Source: Myxococcota bacterium
GTDB lineage: Bacteria; Myxococcota_A; UBA796; CAJQPC01
Direction: 5' to 3'
Length of the DNA stretch: 64,000 bases
NCBI GenBank assembly: GCA_036229005.1
Contig: JAZAMN010000052.1
Coordinates: forward strand, 352,001 to 416,000
Part shown: positions 1 to 8,956 of the stretch, piece by piece
How positions within the stretch are numbered: the first letter of the stretch is position 1
Layout: every line of letters starts with the position of its first letter
Notes under the pieces: generated by a model
Seen by the model: the letters and a program-made list of their open reading frames with translations, nothing else
What the model was told of the DNA's origin: nothing
The model's database searches: none
Translations under genes and position numbers: made by a program

Positions 1-476
1 ATCTCGCCCATGGTCGCGTCCAGCACCGGCAGACCGTCGGGGCCGTCCACGACCTCCAGGGCCATCGTGGTGTCGACGCTCACCTCGAAGGGCTCGACGT
101 AGCCGGGGCAGTCGGAGCCGATGCAGGCGACCTCATAGTCGATGTTGAACTTGTCCGAGCTGTCGTTGACGTTGACCAGCAGGTCCACGTGCAGGTCGAG
201 CACGCCGTTGCCGGGCGTGATCTGCGCGTCGGTGAGCTCCACGCCCACCCACACGTTGTCCATCTTGAACTCGTAGTTGAAGCACCAGGTGCCGCCGTCG
301 GTGTTGACGGCCTCCCCGATGTCCATGCGCTCGGGCAGCAGGGTGGGGATCAGCGCGGTGACCGCCTCCAGGCCCGAGGTGGTGACGTGGAGCTCAGCGG
401 CGTCTTCGATCTCGGCACCCGGCGGCCAGGTGTCGGCCATGGCCGGGGCGGCGAGCAGCATCAGGAGCGTGGACAC
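1..476 (-). CDS. Secreted hypothetical protein, N-terminal part (runs off window start)
   Basis: Not in the ORF track; translated manually. AAGGAG RBS, GTG at 476, MSTLLMLLAAPAMA-DTWPPG (signal peptide), open to position 1 with high GC3. Confidence 0.8.
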   Translation of the reverse strand, partial: MSTLLMLLAAPAMADTWPPGAEIEDAAELHVTTSGLEAVTALIPTLLPERMDIGEAVNTDGGTWCFNYEFKMDNVWVGVELTDAQITPGNGVLDLHVDLLVNVNDSSDKFNIDYEVACIGSDCPGYVEPFEVSVDTTMALEVVDGPDGLPVLDATMGE

Positions 477-556
477 AGGCGGTCTCCTTGGACAATGGCC
501 GGCAGTGTAGCTGCGGGCTGCGGCCTTAGCCAGTACGCGGGCCTTCCAAAGCGCGC

Positions 557-2296
557 TCAGTCGTAGCCGAAGGCCTCTGCGGCGCTCGCGAGCTCAAGCT
601 CGGGCTGCTGCTCCTTGAGGCAGAGGAAGGGCCCCAGCGCCATCGCGTCCATGTTCGTGCGCATGAAGCAGAGGTAGGCGTCCTCCGGCGTGTTGACGAT
701 GGGTTCACCGCGCACGTTGAGGGAGGTGTTGATCACGATGGGGCAACCCGTGCGCTCGTGGAAGGCCTTGATGAGCGCGTAGTAGAGCGGGTCCTGCTCC
801 GGGTTGATGGTCTGGATGCGCGCGCTGCCGTCCACGTGGGTGATGGCGTGGAGCTGGTCGCGGTACTGCTCGCGGACGGGGGCGACCAGGAGCATGTAGG
901 GCGAGGGGCGGTCGATCTCGAAGTACTCCGAGACGTGCTCCTCAAGGCAGCTCGGCGCGAAGGGGCGGAAGCCCTCACGGAACTTGATGCGCATGTTGAT
1001 GATGCTGCGCATCTCGGGGTGGCGGGCGTCCCCCAGGATGCTGCGGTGCCCCAGGGCGCGGGGGCCCCACTCCAGGCGGTCCTGGTACCAGCCCACCACG
1101 TGGGCCGTGTCGATGAGCTCGGCGACCTCGGAGAGCAGCTCGGGCTCGTCCAGGCGCCTGTACACGGCCCCGTAGCGGTCCAGGGTGCTGCGGATGTCCT
1201 CGTCTGAGTATCCAGGCCCCAGGTATGGGGTGGGCAAGCGGGGGCCCTGGGGGTTCTCCAAGAGCTGATTCCAGGCCACCAGAGCCGCTCCCATCGCCCC
1301 CCCTGCGTCTCCTGCAGCGGGCTGGATGTAGATGTCGTCGGGCTTGGCCTCGCGCAGGATGTGCCCGTTGGCGACGCAGTTGAGGGCCACGCCCCCGGCC
1401 ATGCACAGGTTGCGGGAGTCCGCGCGCTCCATCGCGGAGCGGGCCAGCTTGACCATGACCTCGTTGAAGAGCTCCTGGATCGACCGCGCGCAGTCCTTGT
1501 AGTGCTGGGTCATCTCGCCGTCGCCCAGGGGCCGCTTGGGCGCGCCCATGAGTTGCTCGTAGGCGGGGGTGAACATGGCCTCGCCGCGCTCGAACGCGAA
1601 GTACTCCATGTTCAGCCGGAAGGAGCCGTCCTCCTTGATGTCGACGAGCTGGCGGACCTCGTCCATCTTGGTGGGCTCGCCGTAGGGCGCCAGGCCCATG
1701 AGCTTGTACTCGGCGGAGTTGACCTTGAAGCCGCAGTAGAAGGTCATGGCCGAGTAGAGCAGCCCCAGGGAGTGGGGGAAGCGGATCTCGTCCAGCAGGG
1801 TCAGCTCGCGGCCCACCCCGACCCCGCGGCTGCAGGTGCTCCACTCTCCGACGCCGTCCACAGTGAGGACCGCCGCCCGCTCGAAACCCGAGGTGTAGTA
1901 GGCGCTCGCGGCGTGGCTGAGGTGGTGCTCGGAGTAGAGGATCGGGCCCTCGAAGCCGACCTCCTCCTTGAGCATCTTGCGCAGGCGCAGGCGCGTCCCC
2001 ATCCAGCGCGGCATCGAGTCCACGAAGCCCTTGAAGGTGGTGGGGAAGTGCTCGAGCTGGTACCGCAGCAGCCGGTCGAACTTGACCAAGGGCTTGTCGT
2101 AGAACGCGACCGCCTCGATCTGCTCTGGGCGGATGCCGCCCTGCTTGAGGGCCCAGCGGATGGCCTGCACGGGGAAGTCGCTGTCGTGCTTCTTCCGGGA
2201 GAAGGCCTGCTCGGAGGCGGCGGCGATGGGGACGCCGTCCCGCAGCAAGCAGGCAGCGGCGTCGTGGTAGAAGCAGGACAGGCCGAGGATGTACAT
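557..2296 (-). CDS. O-carbamoyltransferase, NodU/CmcH family
   Basis: MYILGLSCFYHDAAA, EHHLSHAASA, TVDGVGE, GGVALNC, EWGPRALGHRS, KFREGFRPFAP, NTSLNVRGEP. True start is the ATG at 2296 inside the longer track ORF. Confidence 0.95.
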   Translation of the reverse strand: MYILGLSCFYHDAAACLLRDGVPIAAASEQAFSRKKHDSDFPVQAIRWALKQGGIRPEQIEAVAFYDKPLVKFDRLLRYQLEHFPTTFKGFVDSMPRWMGTRLRLRKMLKEEVGFEGPILYSEHHLSHAASAYYTSGFERAAVLTVDGVGEWSTCSRGVGVGRELTLLDEIRFPHSLGLLYSAMTFYCGFKVNSAEYKLMGLAPYGEPTKMDEVRQLVDIKEDGSFRLNMEYFAFERGEAMFTPAYEQLMGAPKRPLGDGEMTQHYKDCARSIQELFNEVMVKLARSAMERADSRNLCMAGGVALNCVANGHILREAKPDDIYIQPAAGDAGGAMGAALVAWNQLLENPQGPRLPTPYLGPGYSDEDIRSTLDRYGAVYRRLDEPELLSEVAELIDTAHVVGWYQDRLEWGPRALGHRSILGDARHPEMRSIINMRIKFREGFRPFAPSCLEEHVSEYFEIDRPSPYMLLVAPVREQYRDQLHAITHVDGSARIQTINPEQDPLYYALIKAFHERTGCPIVINTSLNVRGEPIVNTPEDAYLCFMRTNMDAMALGPFLCLKEQQPELELASAAEAFGYD

Positions 2297-2359
2297 CGGC
2301 TGCAGTCTATCCACTCGGAGGCCATCCTGAGCGCTCGGGGATCGAGACTTCGGCATCAG

Positions 2360-3274
2360 GTGCTGGACGCGGACCGGCTCCAGGCCGGCGATGCGCAGGT
2401 CAGCGCGCTGCAGTGGCGGCGGCGTCTGGAGCAGGGCGGCGTGATGGGCCTGGGAGAGCTCCCGCCGGACCACCCCGTCGCGCCGGTTCTGGCGGCCTAC
2501 GCCGAGCTGGAGGCCGTGGACCGGGGCGCGCGGACGAGCTGGAGGATGCCGTTGATGGTGGGCGGTGCGTGGTTTCTGCTCTCCGCGGCGCTGGTGGCCA
2601 TCAACCCGGTCATTGCGGGTGTGGGGAGCTCGCTGCTGGGCGTGGCGGCCTTCTTCGTGGTCAGCCGCCTGGCCAACCGCAAGGGGGGCAGCCGCAAGCA
2701 GCAGGAGGCGGCGCAGGCGCTGGGCGAGGCGGTCGATCGCATGCTGGCGCACTCCTTCGTGGAGGCCACCGACAGCGTGGTCGTGGAGCACTCCGCCGAC
2801 CTGCACTACCTGGAGACGCGGATCCGGGACGCGCGCGGGGGCCTCCGGGCGCTCCGGGGCAAGCGGGGGGAGCTCAGCGCCCTGGCGGGGCAGCTCAAGG
2901 ACGCCAACGACAAGGCGGGGCTGGAGGGGCCGGACTCCGACCTGCAGGCCATCGGCCGGGAGCTCTCGGAGATCCAGGCGCGGAGCGAGACCTTGCGGGC
3001 GCTGCTGGAGGAGCTGGAGCAGGCGAAGGAGGGCTTGGAGGCCCGCATGGCTGCGCGGCGCACCCTCGCGCTCCGGCATGGCCTGGGACAGCGCGTCGAT
3101 CGGCTCACCAGCGAGGACACCGGTGCGCAGACCGCCGCTTCGCTGGAGGTCGACATGCTGGAGCTGGATGCCCGCCTGGAGGCGGCCGACGTGGCGCTGC
3201 GGGACGACGACGCGCGGGTGCGCGCCGCCCGGGAGATCAGGGCGCTCGAAGCCGGGGCGGCAGGCCGGCGATGA
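2360..3274 (+). CDS. Hypothetical membrane protein with two TM helices and a long C-terminal coiled coil
   Basis: Distal part of ORF 1361..3274; hydrophobic hairpin followed by heptad-rich E/L/A/R region. Start uncertain (GTG 2360). Confidence 0.7.
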   Translation: MLDADRLQAGDAQVSALQWRRRLEQGGVMGLGELPPDHPVAPVLAAYAELEAVDRGARTSWRMPLMVGGAWFLLSAALVAINPVIAGVGSSLLGVAAFFVVSRLANRKGGSRKQQEAAQALGEAVDRMLAHSFVEATDSVVVEHSADLHYLETRIRDARGGLRALRGKRGELSALAGQLKDANDKAGLEGPDSDLQAIGRELSEIQARSETLRALLEELEQAKEGLEARMAARRTLALRHGLGQRVDRLTSEDTGAQTAASLEVDMLELDARLEAADVALRDDDARVRAAREIRALEAGAAGRR

Positions 3275-3896
3275 AGTCCAGCCAGCCCTGGGCCCGCGTG
3301 TGGCCGGGGCTGCCGGGGGGCGCCTGCCTGGACACCCGCTCCCAGTGGGTCCTGTGCCACTCCACGAGCTGCGGCAGCAAGGGGTGCTCCTGCTCCAGCA
3401 GGCGGGGGCCGAGCCAGAGGGCGTGGCCCTCGGCGGGCTCGGGGCCACGCTCGATGCGCAGGATCTCGGCCAGGCGGTCGTTCTCGGGGGCGAGGGTCTC
3501 CTCCACGATGCGCCAGCCCAGGTCCTTGAGGCCCTGGCGCAGGGTGTCGCAGCGGTCCGGGCTGTGGACCACGGCGGTGGTGGGCTGCGGGCCGCGCTCC
3601 AGGATGCCCAGGATGCTGTGGGGGCCCATGCCGGCGATCACGCAGGCGTCCACGCGGGCCAGGGGCGCGATGCCGTCGGCCACGACCAGGTTCAGGCCGG
3701 CGCCGTAGCGGGGCAGGCGGTGGGGCATGCGCTCCGAGCCGATGACCAGCGCGCTGGTGCGCTGCGCGATGGCGCGGGTGAGCTGCCCGTGGTCGCAGCC
3801 GACGTCCACCACCACGCCGCTCTGGGCGTGGGGCATCAGCAGCTCCAGGATGGCGTTCAGGCGGGGGGCGCCCTTGCCGTGGATGGGGTCCTTCAT
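3237..3896 (-). CDS. trmK: tRNA (adenine22-N1)-methyltransferase-like, TrmK family
   Basis: RLNAI...VVDVGCDHGQL, ADGIAPL, IAGMG, LRQGLKDLGWRIVEE match the TrmK pattern. Confidence 0.75.
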   Translation of the reverse strand: MKDPIHGKGAPRLNAILELLMPHAQSGVVVDVGCDHGQLTRAIAQRTSALVIGSERMPHRLPRYGAGLNLVVADGIAPLARVDACVIAGMGPHSILGILERGPQPTTAVVHSPDRCDTLRQGLKDLGWRIVEETLAPENDRLAEILRIERGPEPAEGHALWLGPRLLEQEHPLLPQLVEWHRTHWERVSRQAPPGSPGHTRAQGWLDFIAGLPPRLRAP

Positions 3897-4678
3897 GGGG
3901 TCTCCCTGCGCGCCGCGGAGGCGGCCTGGGCCTGGGCTTGGAGGCGGGTGGTGTCCGGCGCGGGGGCGGTCTGCGCCAGGGTGTCCTCGACGGTGGAGAG
4001 ATCGGCGAGGAGCTGCTGGTCATCCTGGAGGTCAGCGGTGGAGGCGGCCTGCTGGAGGGCCTCCCACAGCCCCCAGACCGAGGCCTGGAGATCCGCTTGG
4101 GCCGCCACGGGGAGATCGCCTTGGTCCAGGCGCAACTGCAGGCGCTGGAGTCGCACGAGCGCGGGGGAGAGGGGCTGCTGGGTGAGGCTGAGGCGCAGGG
4201 CCTCGCGGCGCTTGGAGCGGAGGGCGAGCAGAGCGAAGGTGCGCTTGGCGGCCCAGGCCATGCCGATCAAGGTGAGTGCGACGGCGCCGACCAGGGCGAG
4301 GGCCCCGACCATGGGCGTGAGGATTGCCAGCAGCGCCCCGGTGGCCGGCAGGATGAGGCCGGGGGTGGCCGCGACGGCGATGTCGTAGAGGGGGGAGGCG
4401 TCCAGCTCCTGGATCTCCTGACCGGGGGCGGGGGCGAGCTCGGTCTGGCTGCGCTGCACGGGGACGGGGAGTCCAGCGGCGCGGAGGTGGTCGAGGGTCT
4501 GGGGAGAGAGCCCGCAGCGCACCTTGGCGGCCTTGTCCAGGCTCTCCACGCTCGGCGCCCACGCCACCCAGCGAGGGAGCGCGGCGCTGCTGGAGGTCTT
4601 GGGCGCTCCGGGCTGAGGGCCGCGGGGTCGCGGTGGCTCTCTGGGGACCGAGGGCTCTTGCAGGGGCAGCTTGGACAT
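3893..4678 (-). CDS. Hypothetical membrane protein (TM hairpin plus helical C-terminus)
   Basis: 261 aa ORF, ATGA-coupled to the trmK-like gene; hydrophobic segment LILPATGALLAIL...LTLIGMAW. Confidence 0.7.
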   Translation of the reverse strand: MSKLPLQEPSVPREPPRPRGPQPGAPKTSSSAALPRWVAWAPSVESLDKAAKVRCGLSPQTLDHLRAAGLPVPVQRSQTELAPAPGQEIQELDASPLYDIAVAATPGLILPATGALLAILTPMVGALALVGAVALTLIGMAWAAKRTFALLALRSKRREALRLSLTQQPLSPALVRLQRLQLRLDQGDLPVAAQADLQASVWGLWEALQQAASTADLQDDQQLLADLSTVEDTLAQTAPAPDTTRLQAQAQAASAARRETP

Positions 4679-4743
4679 GGGCGGCCCCTTATCCAGGCGT
4701 TCGGGCCCGCGGGGGACTCACGCGCAAGGGACTCAGCGGGGAC

Positions 4744-5550
4744 TCAGAGGTGGTCGTCCAGCCAGGCGCCGACCTTGGCCTGGTAGAGCTCCGGCTGGTC
4801 GGTGTGGGTCCAGCCGTGGGTGCCCTGGGGGACCATCCAGAGGTCCTTGTCCTCGACCGTGGCTGCGTCGTAGAGGCGGTAGGCGCACTCGGGGTTGATG
4901 TAGTCGTCCTCGGCGCCGTGGGTGATGAAGTAGGGGACCTCCAGGGCGGCGGCGGCCTCCAGGTTGTCGAACCCGCTGTCGAAGAGCCAGCCGGCGGGCA
5001 CGTCCAGGCCGGTGTTGTCCCCCAGCATGTCCTGGGCGCTGGCGAAGAGGTCGTGGGTGACCACCGTGGCGGGGGGCCGCTCGGAGGCGACGTGCAGGCC
5101 CACGAAGCCCCCCAGGCTCAGGCCCACGTAGCCGAGCTCGCTGCTGTCCTTTCCGCTGCGCTCGGTGGCGTAGTCGACCGCGGCGATGCCGTCCTGGATC
5201 AGGCCGTCGTGGCTGGGGCTGCCCTCGCTGCGGCCGTAGCCCCGGTAGTCCACCGTGAAGATGTTCACGTCCAGCCCATACAGCGCCTCCACCTGGCTCA
5301 TGTTCGTGTCCAGGTTGCCGGAGTTGCCGTGGAAGTAGACGACCACCGGGTCCCGCGCGGGCCGCTCCGAGGCGATCCAGAGTCCGTAGAGCTGGGTGCC
5401 GTCGCCGCTCTCGAAGGCGACCTCCTCCAGCGCGTCCGGTGGGATGACGTCGCTCGGGAAGCCGTATTGGCTGGTCTCGGTGGGGTTGAAGAAGAAGGGG
5501 TCCAGGGTCATGCAGCCCAAGAGGCTCCCCAGCAGGTTCAGGGCGATCAC
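4744..5550 (-). CDS. Alpha/beta hydrolase lipoprotein
   Basis: YFHGNSGN, DYRGYGRSEG, nucleophile GLSLG, HGAEDD, catalytic His in GTH; lipobox LLGC; GTG start overlaps the upstream stop. Confidence 0.9.
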   Translation of the reverse strand: MIALNLLGSLLGCMTLDPFFFNPTETSQYGFPSDVIPPDALEEVAFESGDGTQLYGLWIASERPARDPVVVYFHGNSGNLDTNMSQVEALYGLDVNIFTVDYRGYGRSEGSPSHDGLIQDGIAAVDYATERSGKDSSELGYVGLSLGGFVGLHVASERPPATVVTHDLFASAQDMLGDNTGLDVPAGWLFDSGFDNLEAAAALEVPYFITHGAEDDYINPECAYRLYDAATVEDKDLWMVPQGTHGWTHTDQPELYQAKVGAWLDDHL

Positions 5551-6197
5551 TGGCCACCTCCCAAGGCGACGTTCAGGCCGATCTGAGGCACCAAGACGCC
5601 GTTGCGGCCCGGCCCGTACCAGTGGGCGGTCAGGTCCTCGGTGGGGTGGCTGCCGCCCATCCACTTGAGCTCCGTGACCAGACCCACGCGCTCACCCAGG
5701 CGGAGCTGGTGTCCGACCAGGGGGCCGCCCAGCACGCCCCAGGGGTAGGGCTGCACGAACACATCCGCGCCGCCGTAGACCAGGTTGCCCCGCTCACCGT
5801 AGGTCCAGCTCCCCAGCGCGGCGACGTTGGTGAAGAGCCGGAAGCCGCCCTCGGGGCCCTCGGGGTTGGTGTCCCCCCACACGGCGGTCGCGGTCCCGTC
5901 CACGAGCAGCGCCGGGCGCAGACCCTGTTGCTCGAAGATCAGGTAGGAGGCCCCCGCGTCCACGCCCCACACGCCGAACATTCCGGCCAGCGAGGGGTGG
6001 AAGGCGGCGTGCACGTCGCTGCGATCGCTGACCCCGTAGCGCACCCCTACAGTGGACAAGGGGAGGGGAACGGGGGCATCAAAGGCCCGGACCACCGGCC
6101 CGCCAGCGCTGGCGTCGACGGCGACCTTGCCCTTGCCCAGAGGGCGCACTCCGTGGTTCACAGAGCAGGCGCTGAGAAGGAAGATCCATGCAGTCAT
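5547..6197 (-). CDS. Hypothetical lipoprotein, beta-strand-rich (possible small outer-membrane barrel)
   Basis: Lipobox LLSAC; alternating amphipathic strands; coupled to the hydrolase gene. Confidence 0.7.
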   Translation of the reverse strand: MTAWIFLLSACSVNHGVRPLGKGKVAVDASAGGPVVRAFDAPVPLPLSTVGVRYGVSDRSDVHAAFHPSLAGMFGVWGVDAGASYLIFEQQGLRPALLVDGTATAVWGDTNPEGPEGGFRLFTNVAALGSWTYGERGNLVYGGADVFVQPYPWGVLGGPLVGHQLRLGERVGLVTELKWMGGSHPTEDLTAHWYGPGRNGVLVPQIGLNVALGGGQ

Positions 6198-6781
6198 GGA
6201 GCAGAGCTACCACGACCCGACTGCGAATTGTCACCTTCTTGGTGCGCGCCTTGGCGTGGACCTGGCGGGTGGAGCGGGTGGGCCAAGAGCTGCTGGACCA
6301 GAGGCCCGCCGTGCTGGCCTTCCTGCACCGCGATCTGGTGCCTGCCATCGCCCTGAACGCCGACCCGTCCACCCACGCTGTGGTCAGCGCGAGCCGGGAC
6401 GGGGAGTGGGCCGCGCGGATCCTGGCGCGCCTGGGCTACGGGGCCAACCTCCGGGGCTCCTCCTCCCGCCGCGCCCTCTCTGCACTCTTTGGCATGCGCG
6501 AGGTGCTGCGATCCGGTGAGCGCGTGGCGATCGCCATCGACGGCCCCCGAGGTCCAGCCGGTGTGCCCAAGCCCGGCGCCGCCTGGGCCGCCCGCTTCGC
6601 GCCGCTGGTCGGGGTCCGCTTCGAGGCCCGCCGCTACGTGGAGCTGGGCTCCTGGGACCGCACGCGCATCCCGTGGCCCTTCACCCGCGTCCGCATCGTG
6701 GCCGGGCGCATCGACGCCCAGGACCGGCCCACCCTGGAGCGGGATCTGGTGGCGCACCTGTGCCCCGAGGGGCCGCCTTGA
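6188..6781 (+). CDS. DUF374 / lysophospholipid acyltransferase family protein
   Basis: VSASRDGE, RGSSSR, IAIDGPRGP, SWDRTRIPWPF. Start uncertain. Confidence 0.85.
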   Translation: MQSWSRATTTRLRIVTFLVRALAWTWRVERVGQELLDQRPAVLAFLHRDLVPAIALNADPSTHAVVSASRDGEWAARILARLGYGANLRGSSSRRALSALFGMREVLRSGERVAIAIDGPRGPAGVPKPGAAWAARFAPLVGVRFEARRYVELGSWDRTRIPWPFTRVRIVAGRIDAQDRPTLERDLVAHLCPEGPP

Positions 6782-6801
6782 GCGCGTGGTAGCGTCCGCG
6801 A

Positions 6802-7590
6802 ATGGCAAAAGCACCCTGGTGGACAACCCGCTTCTCGGCCCTCGCGGCCGTGGACCCCGCATTCGCCGGCCTGGTGGACGCCAACGCCGAAGCGCAGGTG
6901 GATCTCATCGAGCGCCTGGCCCGACTGGACGCGGGCGCCCGCATCCTGGACCTGGGCTGTGGCGCTGGACGTCACGCGATCCTGCTCGCGGAGCGGGGCC
7001 ACTCCGTGGTCGGCGTGGACCTCTCCGAAGAGGTGCTCTCCCTTGCCCGCGGCGCCTGGGAGGCCCGGAACCCCGGCCACAGCGGCCCGGAGTTCGTGGT
7101 CGGTGACATGCGCGCGCCGCCGGTGGAGGGGAGCTTCTCCGCGGTCGTGATGATGGACGCCAGCCTGGGCGTGTTCGATGACGACGCCGAGCACCTGCGC
7201 GTGCTGACCGCGGCCGCTGACCGGCTGCAGTCCGGCGGCGTGTTGATCCTGGAGCTGCTGAACCCCTACTTCTGGGCGCATCGAAACATCACCCAGCACT
7301 TCCCCCCGGGCAGCATCGCGGCGAACGCGGACATTCTGCGTACTTACCGCTTCGACCCCCTGGCTGGGCGCGTACTGGACCGCATCACCCTCTTCCAGGA
7401 CGGGCAGCGCCGCGCCCTCCCCACCCAGTCGCTGCGCTGCTGGACCCCGCCCGAGATCGCGGGGCTGTCCAAGGCCGCGGGCTTCTCCCGCGTCGAGGTG
7501 TTCGGCTCTCAGGGCTGGCAGGTCCCCACCGGGCCCGGCCGCCTGGACCCCCAGAAGTCCGCGACCCTCTGGGTCGTCGCGCACCTCTGA
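6802..7590 (+). CDS. Class I SAM-dependent methyltransferase
   Basis: ILDLGCGAGRHA, GVDLS, GDMR, LQSGGVLIL. Confidence 0.9.
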   Translation: MAKAPWWTTRFSALAAVDPAFAGLVDANAEAQVDLIERLARLDAGARILDLGCGAGRHAILLAERGHSVVGVDLSEEVLSLARGAWEARNPGHSGPEFVVGDMRAPPVEGSFSAVVMMDASLGVFDDDAEHLRVLTAAADRLQSGGVLILELLNPYFWAHRNITQHFPPGSIAANADILRTYRFDPLAGRVLDRITLFQDGQRRALPTQSLRCWTPPEIAGLSKAAGFSRVEVFGSQGWQVPTGPGRLDPQKSATLWVVAHL

Positions 7591-7605
7591 GCGGGGAGGT
7601 CCACC

Positions 7606-7989
7606 ATGGACGAGCTGCTCGACATCCTCCGGCAGGAGAGGGACGCCGCCCTGGAGGAGGCCGACTTCGAGCGCTCTCGCGCTGAGCAGGCCCTGCTGCG
7701 CAACCGCTCTCTGCGGGAGGAGGTCGGCGCCCTACGGCGGGAGCTCCGCCGCATCCACGGTGACCAGGAGCTCCAGGCGGCGGGCGCCCAGGCCACGGAG
7801 CTCCAGCTCTCCGAGCAGCTCAAGCTGGCAACGGACACCAACTGGCGCCTGGAGCGCGACCGCCAACACCTGGCGCGCAAGGCCCACCAGCTCGAGAGCC
7901 GCGTCCAGGACCAGGCCGCCGAGCTGTCCAGGCTGAGGGCGCGGGTGAGGGCGCTGCAGGGGCAGCTTCGCCTGGCCCAGGAGGACTGA
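7606..7989 (+). CDS. Coiled-coil hypothetical protein
   Basis: GGAGG RBS; continuous heptad pattern over 127 aa. Confidence 0.7.
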   Translation: MDELLDILRQERDAALEEADFERSRAEQALLRNRSLREEVGALRRELRRIHGDQELQAAGAQATELQLSEQLKLATDTNWRLERDRQHLARKAHQLESRVQDQAAELSRLRARVRALQGQLRLAQED

Positions 7990-8012
7990 GCGGCTGGCCC
8001 CCCGGGGGGAGG

Positions 8013-8195
8013 CTACTTCTTGCTCTTGCTGTCCCGAGGGCGCTCGAGCTTGGCCTTGAGCACCTCGACGTTCTCGTTGGGCGGCAGGTTGCGCTCGAAG
8101 GGCTTGATCTCGTCGGGTGCCGCCGCGCTGGACTCGCCGGAGAAGCGGTCCACGATGCCCTTGACCTTGTTCTTGAGCCGGTCACGAATGCCCAT
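8013..8195 (-). CDS. Small basic hypothetical protein (60 aa)
   Basis: GGAGG RBS then ATG at 8195 (MGIRDRLKNKVKGIVDRFSG...); high GC3. Confidence 0.7.
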   Translation of the reverse strand: MGIRDRLKNKVKGIVDRFSGESSAAAPDEIKPFERNLPPNENVEVLKAKLERPRDSKSKK

Positions 8196-8356
8196 GCATC
8201 CTCCAGAGGCCGCAGGGTAGCGCCCCAACGCGCCAGGAGCAACGCCGCGCGCACCCCCGGGATGCCCCGCATCTCCAGACAGCCCCGCCTGCCCCGTGGT
8301 AGAACGCGGCCACCTGGCCTCAGAAACGGGACGCCCGCCACTGGAGGAGACCCCCC

Positions 8357-8899
8357 ATGAGCAACTCGCTCACCCTGGAAGGCATCATCAGCTTCCTGCT
8401 GGACACCCCAATGTTCGGCGACCTGAACCCCGACGAGCTCGCTGAGATCGTCCACATCATGCAGCTCCAGCGCATGCGCGACGGTCAGCGCATCTTCCGC
8501 GAGGGCGAGGCCGGCGACGCCTGGTACGTCGTCCACGAGGGCCACGTCGCCGTCACCAAGGAGCGCCTGTTGGGCCCCTCCGAGGAGCTCGCCCGCCTGG
8601 GCCCCAAGGTCTGCTTTGGCGAGATGGCCCTGATCGACGGCAGCCCCCGCAGCGCCTCTGTGACCGCGGTGGGCGAGGGGACCCTGTTCCGCTTCCCCAA
8701 GGCCGACTTCGACGAGCTGCTCGGCGAGGGCAACGTGGCCGCCTACAAGCTGATCCACGAGATGGCCAAGGTGCTCTGCGAGCGCCAGCGCGGCCTGACC
8801 TCGCAGCTCACCTCCATGGTGTCCAACGACACCCACACCGCCGAGAGCATGCGCGAAGAGCTGCGTCCGGTGGTCGAAGAGCACAGCGTCCACGAGTAG
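8357..8899 (+). CDS. Cyclic-nucleotide-binding domain protein (no HTH)
   Basis: IFREGEAGD, FGEMALIDGSPRSASV; GGAGG RBS. Confidence 0.9.
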   Translation: MSNSLTLEGIISFLLDTPMFGDLNPDELAEIVHIMQLQRMRDGQRIFREGEAGDAWYVVHEGHVAVTKERLLGPSEELARLGPKVCFGEMALIDGSPRSASVTAVGEGTLFRFPKADFDELLGEGNVAAYKLIHEMAKVLCERQRGLTSQLTSMVSNDTHTAESMREELRPVVEEHSVHE

Positions 8900-8956
8900 G
8901 TCGCGCCCGCGGGTGAATGAACGCTGAATCCGCGGGGTCCATCACGCGGAGGCCCC

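Noticed and set aside
557..3448. 963-aa carbamoyltransferase with a long N-extension
   Set aside because: The extension is antisense to the + strand gene; the family N-terminus (MYILG) starts at 2296.
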